64,000 nt of DNA from assembly GCA_044222185.1 (NCBI GenBank), contig JBGANV010000010.1, positions 1 through 64,000 of the forward strand. The letters are read 5' to 3'. A program made the position numbers and the translations under genes. The stretch comes from Planctomycetota bacterium. Its GTDB lineage: Bacteria > Planctomycetota > GCA-002687715 > CAIWVZ01. A model generated the notes under the pieces. That model was not told the origin of the DNA. It did no database searches and saw only the letters and a program-made list of their open reading frames with translations. Of this stretch, positions 37,833 through 47,570 are shown piece by piece; position 1 is the stretch's first letter; each line of letters starts with the position of its first letter.

Positions 37833-39392
37833 ATGCCGCCCGAGGAGACGATCATGGTGCAACGATTGCCGGGCCCCGGCGGCGACGTCTACGGGGTCAT
37901 GCCCGCCGCGGTCATCAGGATAGCCGTGGTGCTGGTGCTGCTGTTCGGCCTCACGGTTTCACTCTGGGTGTGGTTCGATTGGCGCATCGAAGTGGATCAG
38001 GGCCGCTACGCCATCCTCGTCGCGAAAACGGGCGAGGACCTCACCAACGATCAGCTCCTGACGCCGTCGCCCGAATTCAAGGGAATCGAGCCCGAGGTGC
38101 TGCGCGAAGGACGCCACTTCCGGAACCCGTACTCCTACGACGTCATCGGTCCGCTCGATGCCGTCGTCATCCCGTCCGGGAAGGTCGGGGTCCTCGTTCG
38201 TCGATTCGGAACGCCACTGCCCGACGGCGAGATCGTCGCGCGAGCGGCGACCGAGAAAGGGATCGTCGCCGATCCGCTGCAGCCGGGGCGTCATTACGTC
38301 AACACGCTCGCGTACGACGTCACCCTCGCCGATGCCGTGTCGATCAAGCCGGGATACGTGGGCGTCGTGGTCAACCGGGCGGGAAGCGCACCGAAGTCGC
38401 CGAACACGCTGCTCGTCGAGCCGGGTGAACGCGGGATCCAGCGCACGGTGCTCCAGCCCGGCCTTCACTACTTGAATCCCCACGTCTCGGAGGTCGTCGA
38501 GGTCGACGTTCGGTCGCAGAAGTTCGAGATGAGCGGACCGGATTATTCGATCCTCTTTCCGTCGCTCGACGGCTTTCAAATCCGTGTGGATGGCACCGTC
38601 GAGTGGGCCGTCGACATCGCGCGGCTGCCCGAGCTGTTCGTGAAATTCGTCGACATCGAGGACGCGAAGACGGGCGGGATCAAGAACGTCGAGAGCGTCC
38701 TCATCCTGCCTTTCAGTCGTGGTTACGCGCGACTCGTCGGATCGACCCATCCGGCCGTGGACTTCATCTCCGGTGAGACTCGGTCGGCGTTCCAGACCGA
38801 GGTGTTCAATCGGCTGAAGAGCGCGTGCGAGGCCCAGGGCGTCATCATCCGGTCCGTCGTCGTGCGCAACACGACGCCGCCGGAGGCCGTCAGGCTCCAG
38901 TACCAGGCGCGCGAGATCGCCAAGCGCCAGCTCGACCAGTACAAGGAGCAGATCAAGACCGAGCAGGCGCGCATCCAACAGAAGCTGAACGAGCTTTCGA
39001 AGGAGCGGCAATCGCAATTCGGCACCGTGCGGCAGGACATCGCCGGTACGGTGCGAAAGGCGGAAGAGAATCGCGACGTGAAGCTCACGCAGGCGCAAGC
39101 GGCCCTCGAGGTGGCGCGCACGCGGTTCGACGCCGCGAAGAAACAGGCCCAGGCCATCCGCGACAAGGGGCTCGCGGAGGCGGCCGTCGTCGTCATGCAG
39201 AACACGGCGGAGGCGCTGGCGCTCCAGCAGGAGGTCACCGCGTTCGGCGATGGCGCCACGTTCGCCCGATACAAGCTGCTATCCAAGCTCGCCCCGGCCA
39301 TTCGCAAGGTGTTGAGCAACACGGACGGAGCGTTCGCCGAGCTGTTCAAGGCCGTGTCCACGCCAGCCGCGCAGCGGAAGGTGGAACGATGA
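37833..39392 (+). CDS. SPFH/band-7 protein A (TM, 3 repeats, SPFH core, coiled coil)
   Basis: 3x VxxGxVGV...G...LxPGxHxxNP; FPSLDGFQIRVDGTVEW; C-terminal AEA-rich coiled coil; start may be 37854. Confidence 0.88.
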   Translation: MPPEETIMVQRLPGPGGDVYGVMPAAVIRIAVVLVLLFGLTVSLWVWFDWRIEVDQGRYAILVAKTGEDLTNDQLLTPSPEFKGIEPEVLREGRHFRNPYSYDVIGPLDAVVIPSGKVGVLVRRFGTPLPDGEIVARAATEKGIVADPLQPGRHYVNTLAYDVTLADAVSIKPGYVGVVVNRAGSAPKSPNTLLVEPGERGIQRTVLQPGLHYLNPHVSEVVEVDVRSQKFEMSGPDYSILFPSLDGFQIRVDGTVEWAVDIARLPELFVKFVDIEDAKTGGIKNVESVLILPFSRGYARLVGSTHPAVDFISGETRSAFQTEVFNRLKSACEAQGVIIRSVVVRNTTPPEAVRLQYQAREIAKRQLDQYKEQIKTEQARIQQKLNELSKERQSQFGTVRQDIAGTVRKAEENRDVKLTQAQAALEVARTRFDAAKKQAQAIRDKGLAEAAVVVMQNTAEALALQQEVTAFGDGATFARYKLLSKLAPAIRKVLSNTDGAFAELFKAVSTPAAQRKVER

Positions 39393-40903
39393 AACGCATC
39401 CTTCTCATGACCTTGGTCGTCCTCGTCATCCCCGCGCTCGTCGTCGGGTACTTCGGCATCTGGGAATGGGGGATCTGTCGCAACTACTGCGACGTCGGGC
39501 GCAGCCTGCGCCTCACGCGCAAGACGGGCGTTCCTGCCCCGAACGACGCGTTTGCGGGTCCTGGTCAGATGGGCGTCGTCGAACAAATGCTCGGCCCGGG
39601 GCGACATTTCGTGAACCCGTGGGACTACGACGTCGTCTCGGTCGCGGACACGGTGATCCCGGCTGGCAAGATCGGCGTCGTCATGTCGCGCGTGGGGCGT
39701 GATCTTCCCCCCGACCGCTACCTCGCAGGGCCGGGCGAGAAGGGCATCCAGCGCGCGGTCCTCACGCCGGGAACCTGGCGCGTGAACACGCACGGCGCGA
39801 GCGTGGACGTCGTCGATTCGGTGCACGTTCCTGCGGGATACGTCGGCGTCCAGACGATGCTGGCGGGCGCGAACAAGGGCGTGCTCCCGAACGTCCTGCA
39901 GCCGGGGACCTACAACCTGAACCCGAAGCAGTTGAAGGTCGAGATCGTCGAGATCGGATACCGCGAGCTCTCGGTGAAGACCGACCTCGACCCGCGGGGC
40001 TCTCCCGTGGAGGGAACGGGCGTCTCGTTCCCCACGAAGGACGGGTTCCGGATGTTCATGGACATCACGGTGATCTGGGGCGTCATGCCGGAGAACGCTC
40101 CGCGCGTGATCCGCGAATACGGTCAGGTCGACGAGGTCGAGCAGAAGATCATCGTCCCGCAGCTGGACAGCGTCTGCAAACTCCAGGGGTCGCGCGACAC
40201 CGTGCGGCAATTCATCGTCGGGCAGGATCGCGAAGCGTTCCAGAAGGCGCTGAACGACGACCTGAGTCGCGTGGGCAAGGAGAAGGGGCTCGACATCCTC
40301 CTCGTGCTCGTCCGCGGCATCTATCCGCCGAAGGAAGTGCTCGAGCCGATCCAGCAGGCACGTCTCGCGGACGAGGAACGGCAGACGCTCGAGGTCCGCA
40401 AGGACACGGATGCGGAGGCCGCCAAGCTCGAAGAGGCGAAGAAGAAGGTCGAGATCATGACTCGCGACTTCACGGCCGAGACGACCAAGCTCGTCGAGAC
40501 CGAGCGCGCCGAGGGGGCGAAGAAGGCGGCGAATCTGGAGGCGGAAACGGAGCGGCTCGTCGCCGACATCGCCGCGCAGACGGCGACGATCGAGGCCGAG
40601 CGGACGAAGCTCCTCGGCCAGGCGGAGGCCGACGTCGTCGAGGCGAAGCGGCGCGCGGAGGCCGACCGGTTCCAGCGCTACGTGAAGGCCTACGGCGATG
40701 GTGCGACGTACAACATCGCGAAGTTCGCAGAGAATCTGCCGGAGAATCTCGAGATCGAATTCCGCTATTCGGGAGCCGGAACGTTCTGGACCGACGCGGG
40801 GAATGGCGGGCAGCGCGTCGATCTCGATGATGCGGCGACGAAGCTCCTCCTCGAGTTCCTCCAGTCGCGCAAGACCGCCCCGCCTGCGGAGAAGAAGCCA
40901 TGA
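39389..40903 (+). CDS. SPFH/band-7 protein B, paralog of A
   Basis: ATGA overlap; same 3 repeats; FPTKDGFRMFMDITVIW; coiled coil. Confidence 0.88.
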   Translation: MKRILLMTLVVLVIPALVVGYFGIWEWGICRNYCDVGRSLRLTRKTGVPAPNDAFAGPGQMGVVEQMLGPGRHFVNPWDYDVVSVADTVIPAGKIGVVMSRVGRDLPPDRYLAGPGEKGIQRAVLTPGTWRVNTHGASVDVVDSVHVPAGYVGVQTMLAGANKGVLPNVLQPGTYNLNPKQLKVEIVEIGYRELSVKTDLDPRGSPVEGTGVSFPTKDGFRMFMDITVIWGVMPENAPRVIREYGQVDEVEQKIIVPQLDSVCKLQGSRDTVRQFIVGQDREAFQKALNDDLSRVGKEKGLDILLVLVRGIYPPKEVLEPIQQARLADEERQTLEVRKDTDAEAAKLEEAKKKVEIMTRDFTAETTKLVETERAEGAKKAANLEAETERLVADIAAQTATIEAERTKLLGQAEADVVEAKRRAEADRFQRYVKAYGDGATYNIAKFAENLPENLEIEFRYSGAGTFWTDAGNGGQRVDLDDAATKLLLEFLQSRKTAPPAEKKP

Positions 40904-41346
40904 ATCAGTCTGCGGCGTCGGTTCAATCGGCCGGCTCTGCGAGGTTCGATCCGCTGACGTTTCGCGCGGGGCGCCGGCGCTTGAAGCTGCTGGGGTGGAT
41001 CGTCCTGTGGGGCGGCTTCCTGCTGATGACGTCCGACTTCACCACCGGCTTTCCCACGCCGCTGACCGGGCCGCGCGTCCTCATCATTTGGGGGCCGGTC
41101 CTCGCGTTCGGCGTCTGGTTGCTCGTTCAGGGCTATCGCATTCCGTTTCGCGAGGTGCTGCTTCTGGCGGACGCGCATGGTCATCGGCTCGACGTGCCGA
41201 CGATCATGCGTGAGCTCTACGTGAGCCCCGCCGTCGCCGAACACATCCTCGATTCCGCCGTGAAGCGGTTCGGTCACAAGGTCGTGACGGTTGCACCCGA
41301 TCCCGAAACGAAGGTGAAGATCTACACGTTCTACCCGCCCCTCTGA
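40900..41346 (+). CDS. Hypothetical membrane protein (2 TM plus a possible winged-helix domain)
   Basis: ATGA overlap with SPFH-B; two hydrophobic helices, then EVLLLADAHGHRLDVPTIMRELYVSPAVAEHILD...IYTF. Confidence 0.7.
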   Translation: MNQSAASVQSAGSARFDPLTFRAGRRRLKLLGWIVLWGGFLLMTSDFTTGFPTPLTGPRVLIIWGPVLAFGVWLLVQGYRIPFREVLLLADAHGHRLDVPTIMRELYVSPAVAEHILDSAVKRFGHKVVTVAPDPETKVKIYTFYPPL

Positions 41347-41350
41347 AAAC

Positions 41351-41695
41351 CGGAGCGCCACGCTTCGCGTGGCTGGACCGCGAGGCGTCCCGCCTCGCGC
41401 GAGTGTGGAGGTGTGCGGACCGCGTGAGGAGTGCGCGGGTGTCGAGCGAGAGGTGGGGAGGGAATCCCCGGCAGGCCAGAGCCCTGCCAGCCTGCCGCGC
41501 TGGAGCCCGGCGTTCCGCGCGGCGAGGGGAGCGCCACGCTGCGCGTGGCCGGACCGCGAGGCGTCCCGCGTCGCGCGAGTGTGGAGGTGTGCGGACCGCG
41601 TGAGGAGTGCGCGGGTGTCGAGCGAGAGGTGGGGTGGGAATCCCTGGCAGGCCAGAGCCCTGCCAGCCTGCCGGGCCGGTGCCCGGCGTTCCGCG
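41351..41695. repeat. REP/REPIN-like tandem element, 2 units, period 176 bp
   Basis: GGAGCGCCACGC at 41352 and 41528; lies between convergent genes; hairpins. Confidence 0.9.
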
Positions 41696-41714
41696 TTTTT
41701 CTTGAAGGGGGTGG

Positions 41715-43199
41715 CTATCGGATGAAATTCAGCAACGAGATGCTGTTCAGGCGGCTCGTCACGATCAATGACGCCTGATAGACCGCCTCTTGTTCCTTCA
41801 TGTTGATCATCACGTCGGCCAGATCGACGTCCTCGACGTTCGATCGGCGGCTGGCCAGATCGATCCTCATGTCGGCGAGGCTGTCAGAGAGGGAACTCAG
41901 CCGAGTGGACGTGCCGGCGGCTTGCGACGTCGCCGCGAGGACGAAGTCCTCGGCGTCCTCCAGATCGCCGAGGCGTTGCCTCGCCTGGCCAAGCGCGGCA
42001 TCGATCCGTGCCGCGGTCCCGGTCGTTCGCAGAGCATCGCGAATGGCGATCAGCGACGAGAACACGTCGAACGTGCCGGAGTAGCTCACGTCATCCGTGC
42101 CCGCCTGCGTGATGTTCCGCGAGTCGACGTGGGTGACGCTTCCGTCGATCGAGTTGATGATGCCTTGTCCGCCGGACGTGAAGTCGATCGGCGTCGTGGT
42201 GGTACCGCCGTCGAGCGAGAGCGTTCCGGTCGCCGTGAGCGTCACGGCGCCGGAGAACGCCGTCGTCGCGCCGGAGAAATCCAGGTAGACCTTCTGTCCG
42301 TTCGGGCCCGTGACCGCGAGGTTCGTGTCACCCGTCGTGAACGTGACGGCGGTGCCGCCGTCGAGCGTCACCGTTCCGCCGCCGCCCGCATTCACGGTCA
42401 ACGCCAGCGAGTGCCCGCTGCCCAGGATCGTGTCACCGGCCGCGCTCGACGCCCCGAGACGGAGCCCTGACGCGTGCGCGGACGTCGGACTCGACGGCGT
42501 CCCGAATGACGTCGTCGAATGAGCGACGAGCAATCTTGCGCGCCCCGTTCCCGAGTCGGTACCCGATCCGCGCGCGGCCCCGGTCGTACCTGAGAACGTC
42601 GTCGCTGCGCGGGTGCCCCCGCCGAGCAGGCGCGACCCGGGAATGTTCTGCGCCGTCTCGAGCGATGGCCCGACGCTCAGCGTGTTCTCCTGATCGTCGC
42701 CGTGATAGAGGACTCGCTCGAGCCCGTCGGCACCGATGCTCCGTACGAAAGGCGCCGTATCGGTCCGCGAACCCGCGAACAGGAAACGGTCATCGATCTT
42801 CGCGTTCGCCGCCGTGAGCATCTGCGAGATGAGGGAATCGAGCGCGTTGGCCGCGATCGCGCGGCCCGAGTCGTCGAGCGTCCCGTTCAACCCCGCGATC
42901 ACGTGCGCCTTCGCATCCTGGAACGCGGATGCGAACGATCCGAGCTCGCGCGACGTCGCATCGATGGACGTCTGGGCTTCGCTGATGTTCCCGCCGAACT
43001 GCTCCAGGTCGCGCTGGAGCCGTCGAATGCCCAACAGTCGCGCCGTGCCCGACGGATCGTCGGACGGGCGACTGATCCTCCGGTTGGAGGAAAGCTGCGA
43101 CTGGTAGTGGGAGAGGTCGCTGTAGTTGCGCTGCAGGTTCGACAGCGCATCGCGATAGGAGATATTCTGCGTGATGCGTGTGGTCGGCATGGTGATCAC
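41715..43199 (-). CDS. flgL: Flagellar hook-associated protein 3 FlgL
   Basis: QLSSNRRISRPSDDPSG, RFLFAGSRTDTAPF, YHGD, EDVDLAD, SLLNFIR. Confidence 0.92.
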   Translation of the reverse strand: MITMPTTRITQNISYRDALSNLQRNYSDLSHYQSQLSSNRRISRPSDDPSGTARLLGIRRLQRDLEQFGGNISEAQTSIDATSRELGSFASAFQDAKAHVIAGLNGTLDDSGRAIAANALDSLISQMLTAANAKIDDRFLFAGSRTDTAPFVRSIGADGLERVLYHGDDQENTLSVGPSLETAQNIPGSRLLGGGTRAATTFSGTTGAARGSGTDSGTGRARLLVAHSTTSFGTPSSPTSAHASGLRLGASSAAGDTILGSGHSLALTVNAGGGGTVTLDGGTAVTFTTGDTNLAVTGPNGQKVYLDFSGATTAFSGAVTLTATGTLSLDGGTTTTPIDFTSGGQGIINSIDGSVTHVDSRNITQAGTDDVSYSGTFDVFSSLIAIRDALRTTGTAARIDAALGQARQRLGDLEDAEDFVLAATSQAAGTSTRLSSLSDSLADMRIDLASRRSNVEDVDLADVMINMKEQEAVYQASLIVTSRLNSISLLNFIR

Positions 43200-45538
43200 C
43201 TCACGAGATTGACGAGCGTGTCACTGACCTCCGCCATCGTCTGGGCGAACCGTGCCGCGACCTCGAAGCTCTTCTGGTAGGCCTCCAGGTTCAGGAGCTC
43301 TTCGTCGATGTTCACGCCCGAAACTGATTGAAGTCGATTCTGCGCCTGATCCAGCAGAAGCTGCTGCGTATCGACAGTGGTCGACGCGCGTTGCGCGTTG
43401 AATCCGGTCTCCGAGATCAGCGCGTCGAGACGCTCCTGCACGGAGCGCTCTCCGAGATCCGACAGCCTCCGCGTCCGCGTTCCCACGAGCCGCGCGATGT
43501 TCGTCGAATCGCCGGCGCCGCCTCCGATGCCCGTCGCGAACAGGTTCGAGTTCGCGGAGATGTCGGCGTTGATGGCGATGTCGTTGGCATCGCTCCCGGA
43601 GAAGAACGAGTTCGTGCCCGTCGCGGTGAGCACACCGCTCGTGTCGCTGTCGGCGATGGCGTCGATCTGCAGGAACTCGTTGTTCGTGGAATGGACCATC
43701 CCCGCGCCCAGGCTGACGCGCACGCCATCCGCAATCTCGAGAGGTGTGCCCGGCGAGTAGCCCGAACCCACCGCCAGGTTGCCTACGAGGGTGCCGTCCG
43801 AATCGAAGACCTGCATCGTGAGCCCTGCGGTCTGCCCGATCACGCCCGTGGACGACGGCCGGAGCGTGAACGATCGGTCCAAGCCGCCCGAGAACGTGCC
43901 AGTGACGCGCACGTCGACGGCATTGTGCTGTCCCGTCTCCAGGGTCGTCGGCAGCTGGAGAGTCGCGGCGGGCGAGCCCGTTCCATCCGTCACCTGGAGC
44001 GTGCCGCTCGTTCCGCTGGTCGTGCTTCGGAGGACGAGTTTTCCGGCGACCACGGAGGCCTGCGCGCCCGAAATCTGTGCGTTGATCGCCGTCGCCACCT
44101 CACTCGCCGTGGCACGGGACGGGTCCGCGAACGCGGACGCGTTGAACGTGATCGTCTGCGCCGGGCCGCCATCCGTGCGGATGCTGAACTGCGAGCCCGA
44201 GGTGATCGAGAGGGGGAACGTCGAGTTGGCCACGAGCGTAGCCCGGTCGCTGCCCAACGAGCCGCCCGTGTTCGGGGTGGGATTCAGCCGTGCAGAGAAA
44301 TCGAACTCGTATCCCGTGTCGGCGCTGATGCGAAGTCGTCCGCGACCGTCGATCGAGGCCGTCAGGTTCGGGATGCCGGAGATCGCCGCCTGGAGATCTC
44401 CGACGGTCGTCGTCGCGGTGTCGATCGGGATCCGGATCTGCTCCGTCGTGTTCGTCGAGGTGTTTCGGACGTTCACCGTCAGGTTGCCGTCGTTGACTTC
44501 GAACGGCAGGCCCGCGGACGCGATCGACTCGTCGAGAACGCTCCCGCTCTCGTTGACGTCCTGGAACGCGTTCGTCGCCACGACCGTCGAGTATCCACCG
44601 GAGGGCGGCGTACCCGTCGCGTGAACGTGGTTCACCGCCTCGATCAGCTTGTGAGCGAGCTGATCGAGGATGTCGACGTGGTCCTGGCCGATGCTGGGCT
44701 CGAGCTGCATCAACCCGGCCAGTCGCCCCGCTCGCGGCTCGAAGGGCGTGGTCGATCGACCGGCTCGAAGCGCGACCGGCGCCGTCGTCGCGCCGCTCGA
44801 TTGCACCGCGATCGGATGCGCGGAGCTGGGATCCAGGAGTACCTGGCCACCGCTGGTGACGACGATCTGCCCCGTCGCCTGGCGATTGACGGCCACGTCC
44901 ACGGAACGCGAGAGCTCGAGGAGAAGCTGGTTCTGGCGATCCTGGACGTCGGACGGAACCTCCGCGCCGAAGCCGCTCGTGACGATCGTGCGGTTGACCT
45001 CGGCCAGGTTGTTCAGCAGCTGATTGACCTTGGACGTCTCCTGACGGATCGCGTCGCGCACGTCCGTGTGGATCCGAGACAGGTTGCCTCGGGACCCCCT
45101 GAATCCCTGAACGAGGGACTGTGCCTTCTGGATGACGGACGATCGCACGGCCGGATCGGAGGGCGACGATCGAAGCCCCTCGAGCGACGAGAAGAAATCG
45201 TCCATGAGGCTGCCGACGCCGCCGTTGCCGGGCTCGCCGAGGGCCGACTCCACGTCCGTGAAGATCTCGCTCTGGGCGGTCGCGAAGCCGAGCTCCTGCG
45301 ACTGCGATCGAACGCGCGCCGTGAGGAGTGAATCACTCACGGCGTCGATCGAGGCGAGGGTCACGCCGTTGCCGACGAGGAGATTGCTCCCGATGGGAGA
45401 CGGTGCGGAGGGCGAGAACAGGACGCGCTGGCGGGTGTAGCCAGGCGTGTTCGCATTGGCGATGTTGTGACCGATGGTCTGCAGCGCCACTCGCGCCGCC
45501 GAAAGGGCGGACAGGGCCGTGTTGAAGCCGAGGCTCAT
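43196..45538 (-). CDS. flgK: Flagellar hook-associated protein 1 FlgK
   Basis: GHNIANANTPGYTRQRV; SVSGVNIDEELLNLEAYQKSF. Confidence 0.95.
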   Translation of the reverse strand: MSLGFNTALSALSAARVALQTIGHNIANANTPGYTRQRVLFSPSAPSPIGSNLLVGNGVTLASIDAVSDSLLTARVRSQSQELGFATAQSEIFTDVESALGEPGNGGVGSLMDDFFSSLEGLRSSPSDPAVRSSVIQKAQSLVQGFRGSRGNLSRIHTDVRDAIRQETSKVNQLLNNLAEVNRTIVTSGFGAEVPSDVQDRQNQLLLELSRSVDVAVNRQATGQIVVTSGGQVLLDPSSAHPIAVQSSGATTAPVALRAGRSTTPFEPRAGRLAGLMQLEPSIGQDHVDILDQLAHKLIEAVNHVHATGTPPSGGYSTVVATNAFQDVNESGSVLDESIASAGLPFEVNDGNLTVNVRNTSTNTTEQIRIPIDTATTTVGDLQAAISGIPNLTASIDGRGRLRISADTGYEFDFSARLNPTPNTGGSLGSDRATLVANSTFPLSITSGSQFSIRTDGGPAQTITFNASAFADPSRATASEVATAINAQISGAQASVVAGKLVLRSTTSGTSGTLQVTDGTGSPAATLQLPTTLETGQHNAVDVRVTGTFSGGLDRSFTLRPSSTGVIGQTAGLTMQVFDSDGTLVGNLAVGSGYSPGTPLEIADGVRVSLGAGMVHSTNNEFLQIDAIADSDTSGVLTATGTNSFFSGSDANDIAINADISANSNLFATGIGGGAGDSTNIARLVGTRTRRLSDLGERSVQERLDALISETGFNAQRASTTVDTQQLLLDQAQNRLQSVSGVNIDEELLNLEAYQKSFEVAARFAQTMAEVSDTLVNLVR

Positions 45539-45539
45539 G

Positions 45540-46085
45540 TCAGATCTCCCGCGAGAACCGTGGTCCGACGCTCACCGGATCGACGGGCTTGCCGCCTGCG
45601 CCGTAGGAGCGGACTCGTGGCGAGCCGTCGCCGAACAGCACGTGCAGCAGGGCGCGGTTCGTATCGAGGGCGTGCCGGATGAGGACGTTGATGCGACGAT
45701 TGAGCCGTCCGACCTTCTGAAGGACGTCTCGCAGCCGTGACGTGTGAGTCGTGAGTTCGTCCCGATCCGCGTCGTCCGCATGCTCGATCACCGTCTGCAT
45801 CGTGACGAGATCAGGGGCAAGCCCGAGGCGGCGTCCGACGAGCGCCATGATCCGCAGGCGGCGTTGCGTGAGCTCTTCCATCTGCGCGAGGAGAGGCTCG
45901 GCCTCCGTGAGGAATTTCTGGAGCCCCGGCACGTCCTGTTTGACGATGAGTCGTTCCTTTTCCGTCATGCGGTCGAATGCGTGGGACTGTGCCGCCACCT
46001 CGTCCTGCAGGTACGAGCTCAGCTGCGCCGCATCGGCGCTCGTGAGTCGGACCGGCGCTTGCGCGGCGCTCGTGAATGGGTTCAT
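45540..46085 (-). CDS. flgN: Flagellar export chaperone FlgN
   Basis: Helical 181 aa protein between flgJ and flgK; LNRRINVLIRHAL. Confidence 0.75.
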   Translation of the reverse strand: MNPFTSAAQAPVRLTSADAAQLSSYLQDEVAAQSHAFDRMTEKERLIVKQDVPGLQKFLTEAEPLLAQMEELTQRRLRIMALVGRRLGLAPDLVTMQTVIEHADDADRDELTTHTSRLRDVLQKVGRLNRRINVLIRHALDTNRALLHVLFGDGSPRVRSYGAGGKPVDPVSVGPRFSREI

Positions 46086-46087
46086 CG

Positions 46088-46462
46088 TCAGGGCTCCGTT
46101 CCGGGCACATCGATCGGTGGCGTCGCCGGCTGTGCGTGGGCGAGCGGCTTGCTCGCTGCGCCTGCCATGTTGCGCGACACGAGGTCCTTCAAGCCGAAGC
46201 CGCCTTGACGGGCGATCTCGCGGCCGAGCGATTCCTCCAGCATGCCGCCGTAGACGTCCGAGCCCGGACCGCCCCCGAAGAACGACCCGTTGTCGAGAGT
46301 CTTCGACATCTCCTTGACGATCAGCGAGGCGAAGAGACCTTCCACTTCCTCCGCGGCCTTGGCGGCGGGGAGGTGCTTCAGGCGTTCCACGCCGCCACCC
46401 GGGGAGGCGAGGCCGTCGCTGATGCGCGCGGGCGTCACTGCGATCGATGTGTCGATCCTCAT
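46088..46462 (-). CDS. flgJ: Short FlgJ (rod-binding domain only)
   Basis: AAEEVEGLFASLIVKEM...YGGML...GGFGL; ATGA overlap with flgI. Confidence 0.8.
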   Translation of the reverse strand: MRIDTSIAVTPARISDGLASPGGGVERLKHLPAAKAAEEVEGLFASLIVKEMSKTLDNGSFFGGGPGSDVYGGMLEESLGREIARQGGFGLKDLVSRNMAGAASKPLAHAQPATPPIDVPGTEP

Positions 46463-47559
46463 TGAACCTCCAGATCCACGACGAGTGCCCCGTTCGCCTT
46501 GAGCATTTGGAAGATGGTGATGAGCTCGCGCGGCGAGACGCCGAGGGTGTTCAGCGCACGCGCGAGTTCGCCTGCCGTGGTGACTCCCGGCAGAGCGCGC
46601 ATCTCGATGCCCTTCTCGGCGATCTTCACGTCGGAGCGGGGGACGACGGCCGTCCGGCCATCGCTCAGGGGATTGGGCTGGGAGACCTGCGGTGCCTCGG
46701 CGACCGACACGGAGAGGCTTCCCTGACTGATTGCGCAAGGGAGGATCGTCACGTTGTCGCCGGCGACGATCGTTCCGGTGCGTTCGCTGATGACGACCTT
46801 CGCCTTGGCGTCGACGGCGACGCGGATGTCGTTCAGGCTCGCGAGGAACGGCACGGGGTCATCCTTCGCGGCGGGCGGCGGGACGACCACGATGGTGACG
46901 CCGTCCACGGCCTTCGCCGCCTTGGGGAAGATGCGGTTGATCGCGTCCACGACGTTGCGTGCCGTGACGAACGACGAGTTCCGCAGGCGCATCCGGACGT
47001 TGCCTTCCTCCGTCAGGATCTTCTGGGGGATCTCGCGCTCGATGATCGCGCCACCGGGAATCCGGCCCACCGTCGGGTGGTTGATCTGCTCCTTCGTGCC
47101 CGATCCCCCCTGGGCGCCGGGCGCGCCGTTGAAGACGGGGCCGCTCGCGACCGCGTACATGTCGCGCCCGTTGGGTCCCATGAGCTGGGTCGGCAGGAGC
47201 TCGCCACCGAACAGGTTCGACGCCTCCCCGAAGGCGGAGACCGTGACGTCCACGCGGTCCCCGTTTCGCTTGAACGGCGCGACGGTCGCCGTCACGGTGA
47301 CGACCGCGAGGTTGCCGGATTTGATCTGCTCTGGCGAGATGTTGAGGTTCATGCGCCGGACGAGGTTCGACGCCATGGTCCGAGCCGCGGTGCCCGAATC
47401 GCCGGTGCCGTTCAGACCGGACACGAGCCCGAGACCGATGATGACGTTGTCGCGGACGCCGTCCAGCTCGGTGAGGTCGCCGAGCTTCGCCTGCGCGAAG
47501 GTGCGCGGCACGGCCAGCGCGACGACGAGCGACGTCAGAAGTAGCGTCTTTCCGTTCAC
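46459..47559 (-). CDS. flgI: Flagellar P-ring protein FlgI
   Basis: GVRDNVIIGLGLVSGLNGTGD, AKVVISERTGTIVAG, LNTLGVSPRELITIFQMLKANGAL. Confidence 0.95.
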   Translation of the reverse strand: MNGKTLLLTSLVVALAVPRTFAQAKLGDLTELDGVRDNVIIGLGLVSGLNGTGDSGTAARTMASNLVRRMNLNISPEQIKSGNLAVVTVTATVAPFKRNGDRVDVTVSAFGEASNLFGGELLPTQLMGPNGRDMYAVASGPVFNGAPGAQGGSGTKEQINHPTVGRIPGGAIIEREIPQKILTEEGNVRMRLRNSSFVTARNVVDAINRIFPKAAKAVDGVTIVVVPPPAAKDDPVPFLASLNDIRVAVDAKAKVVISERTGTIVAGDNVTILPCAISQGSLSVSVAEAPQVSQPNPLSDGRTAVVPRSDVKIAEKGIEMRALPGVTTAGELARALNTLGVSPRELITIFQMLKANGALVVDLEVQ

Positions 47560-47570
47560 GGCGGATCTCC

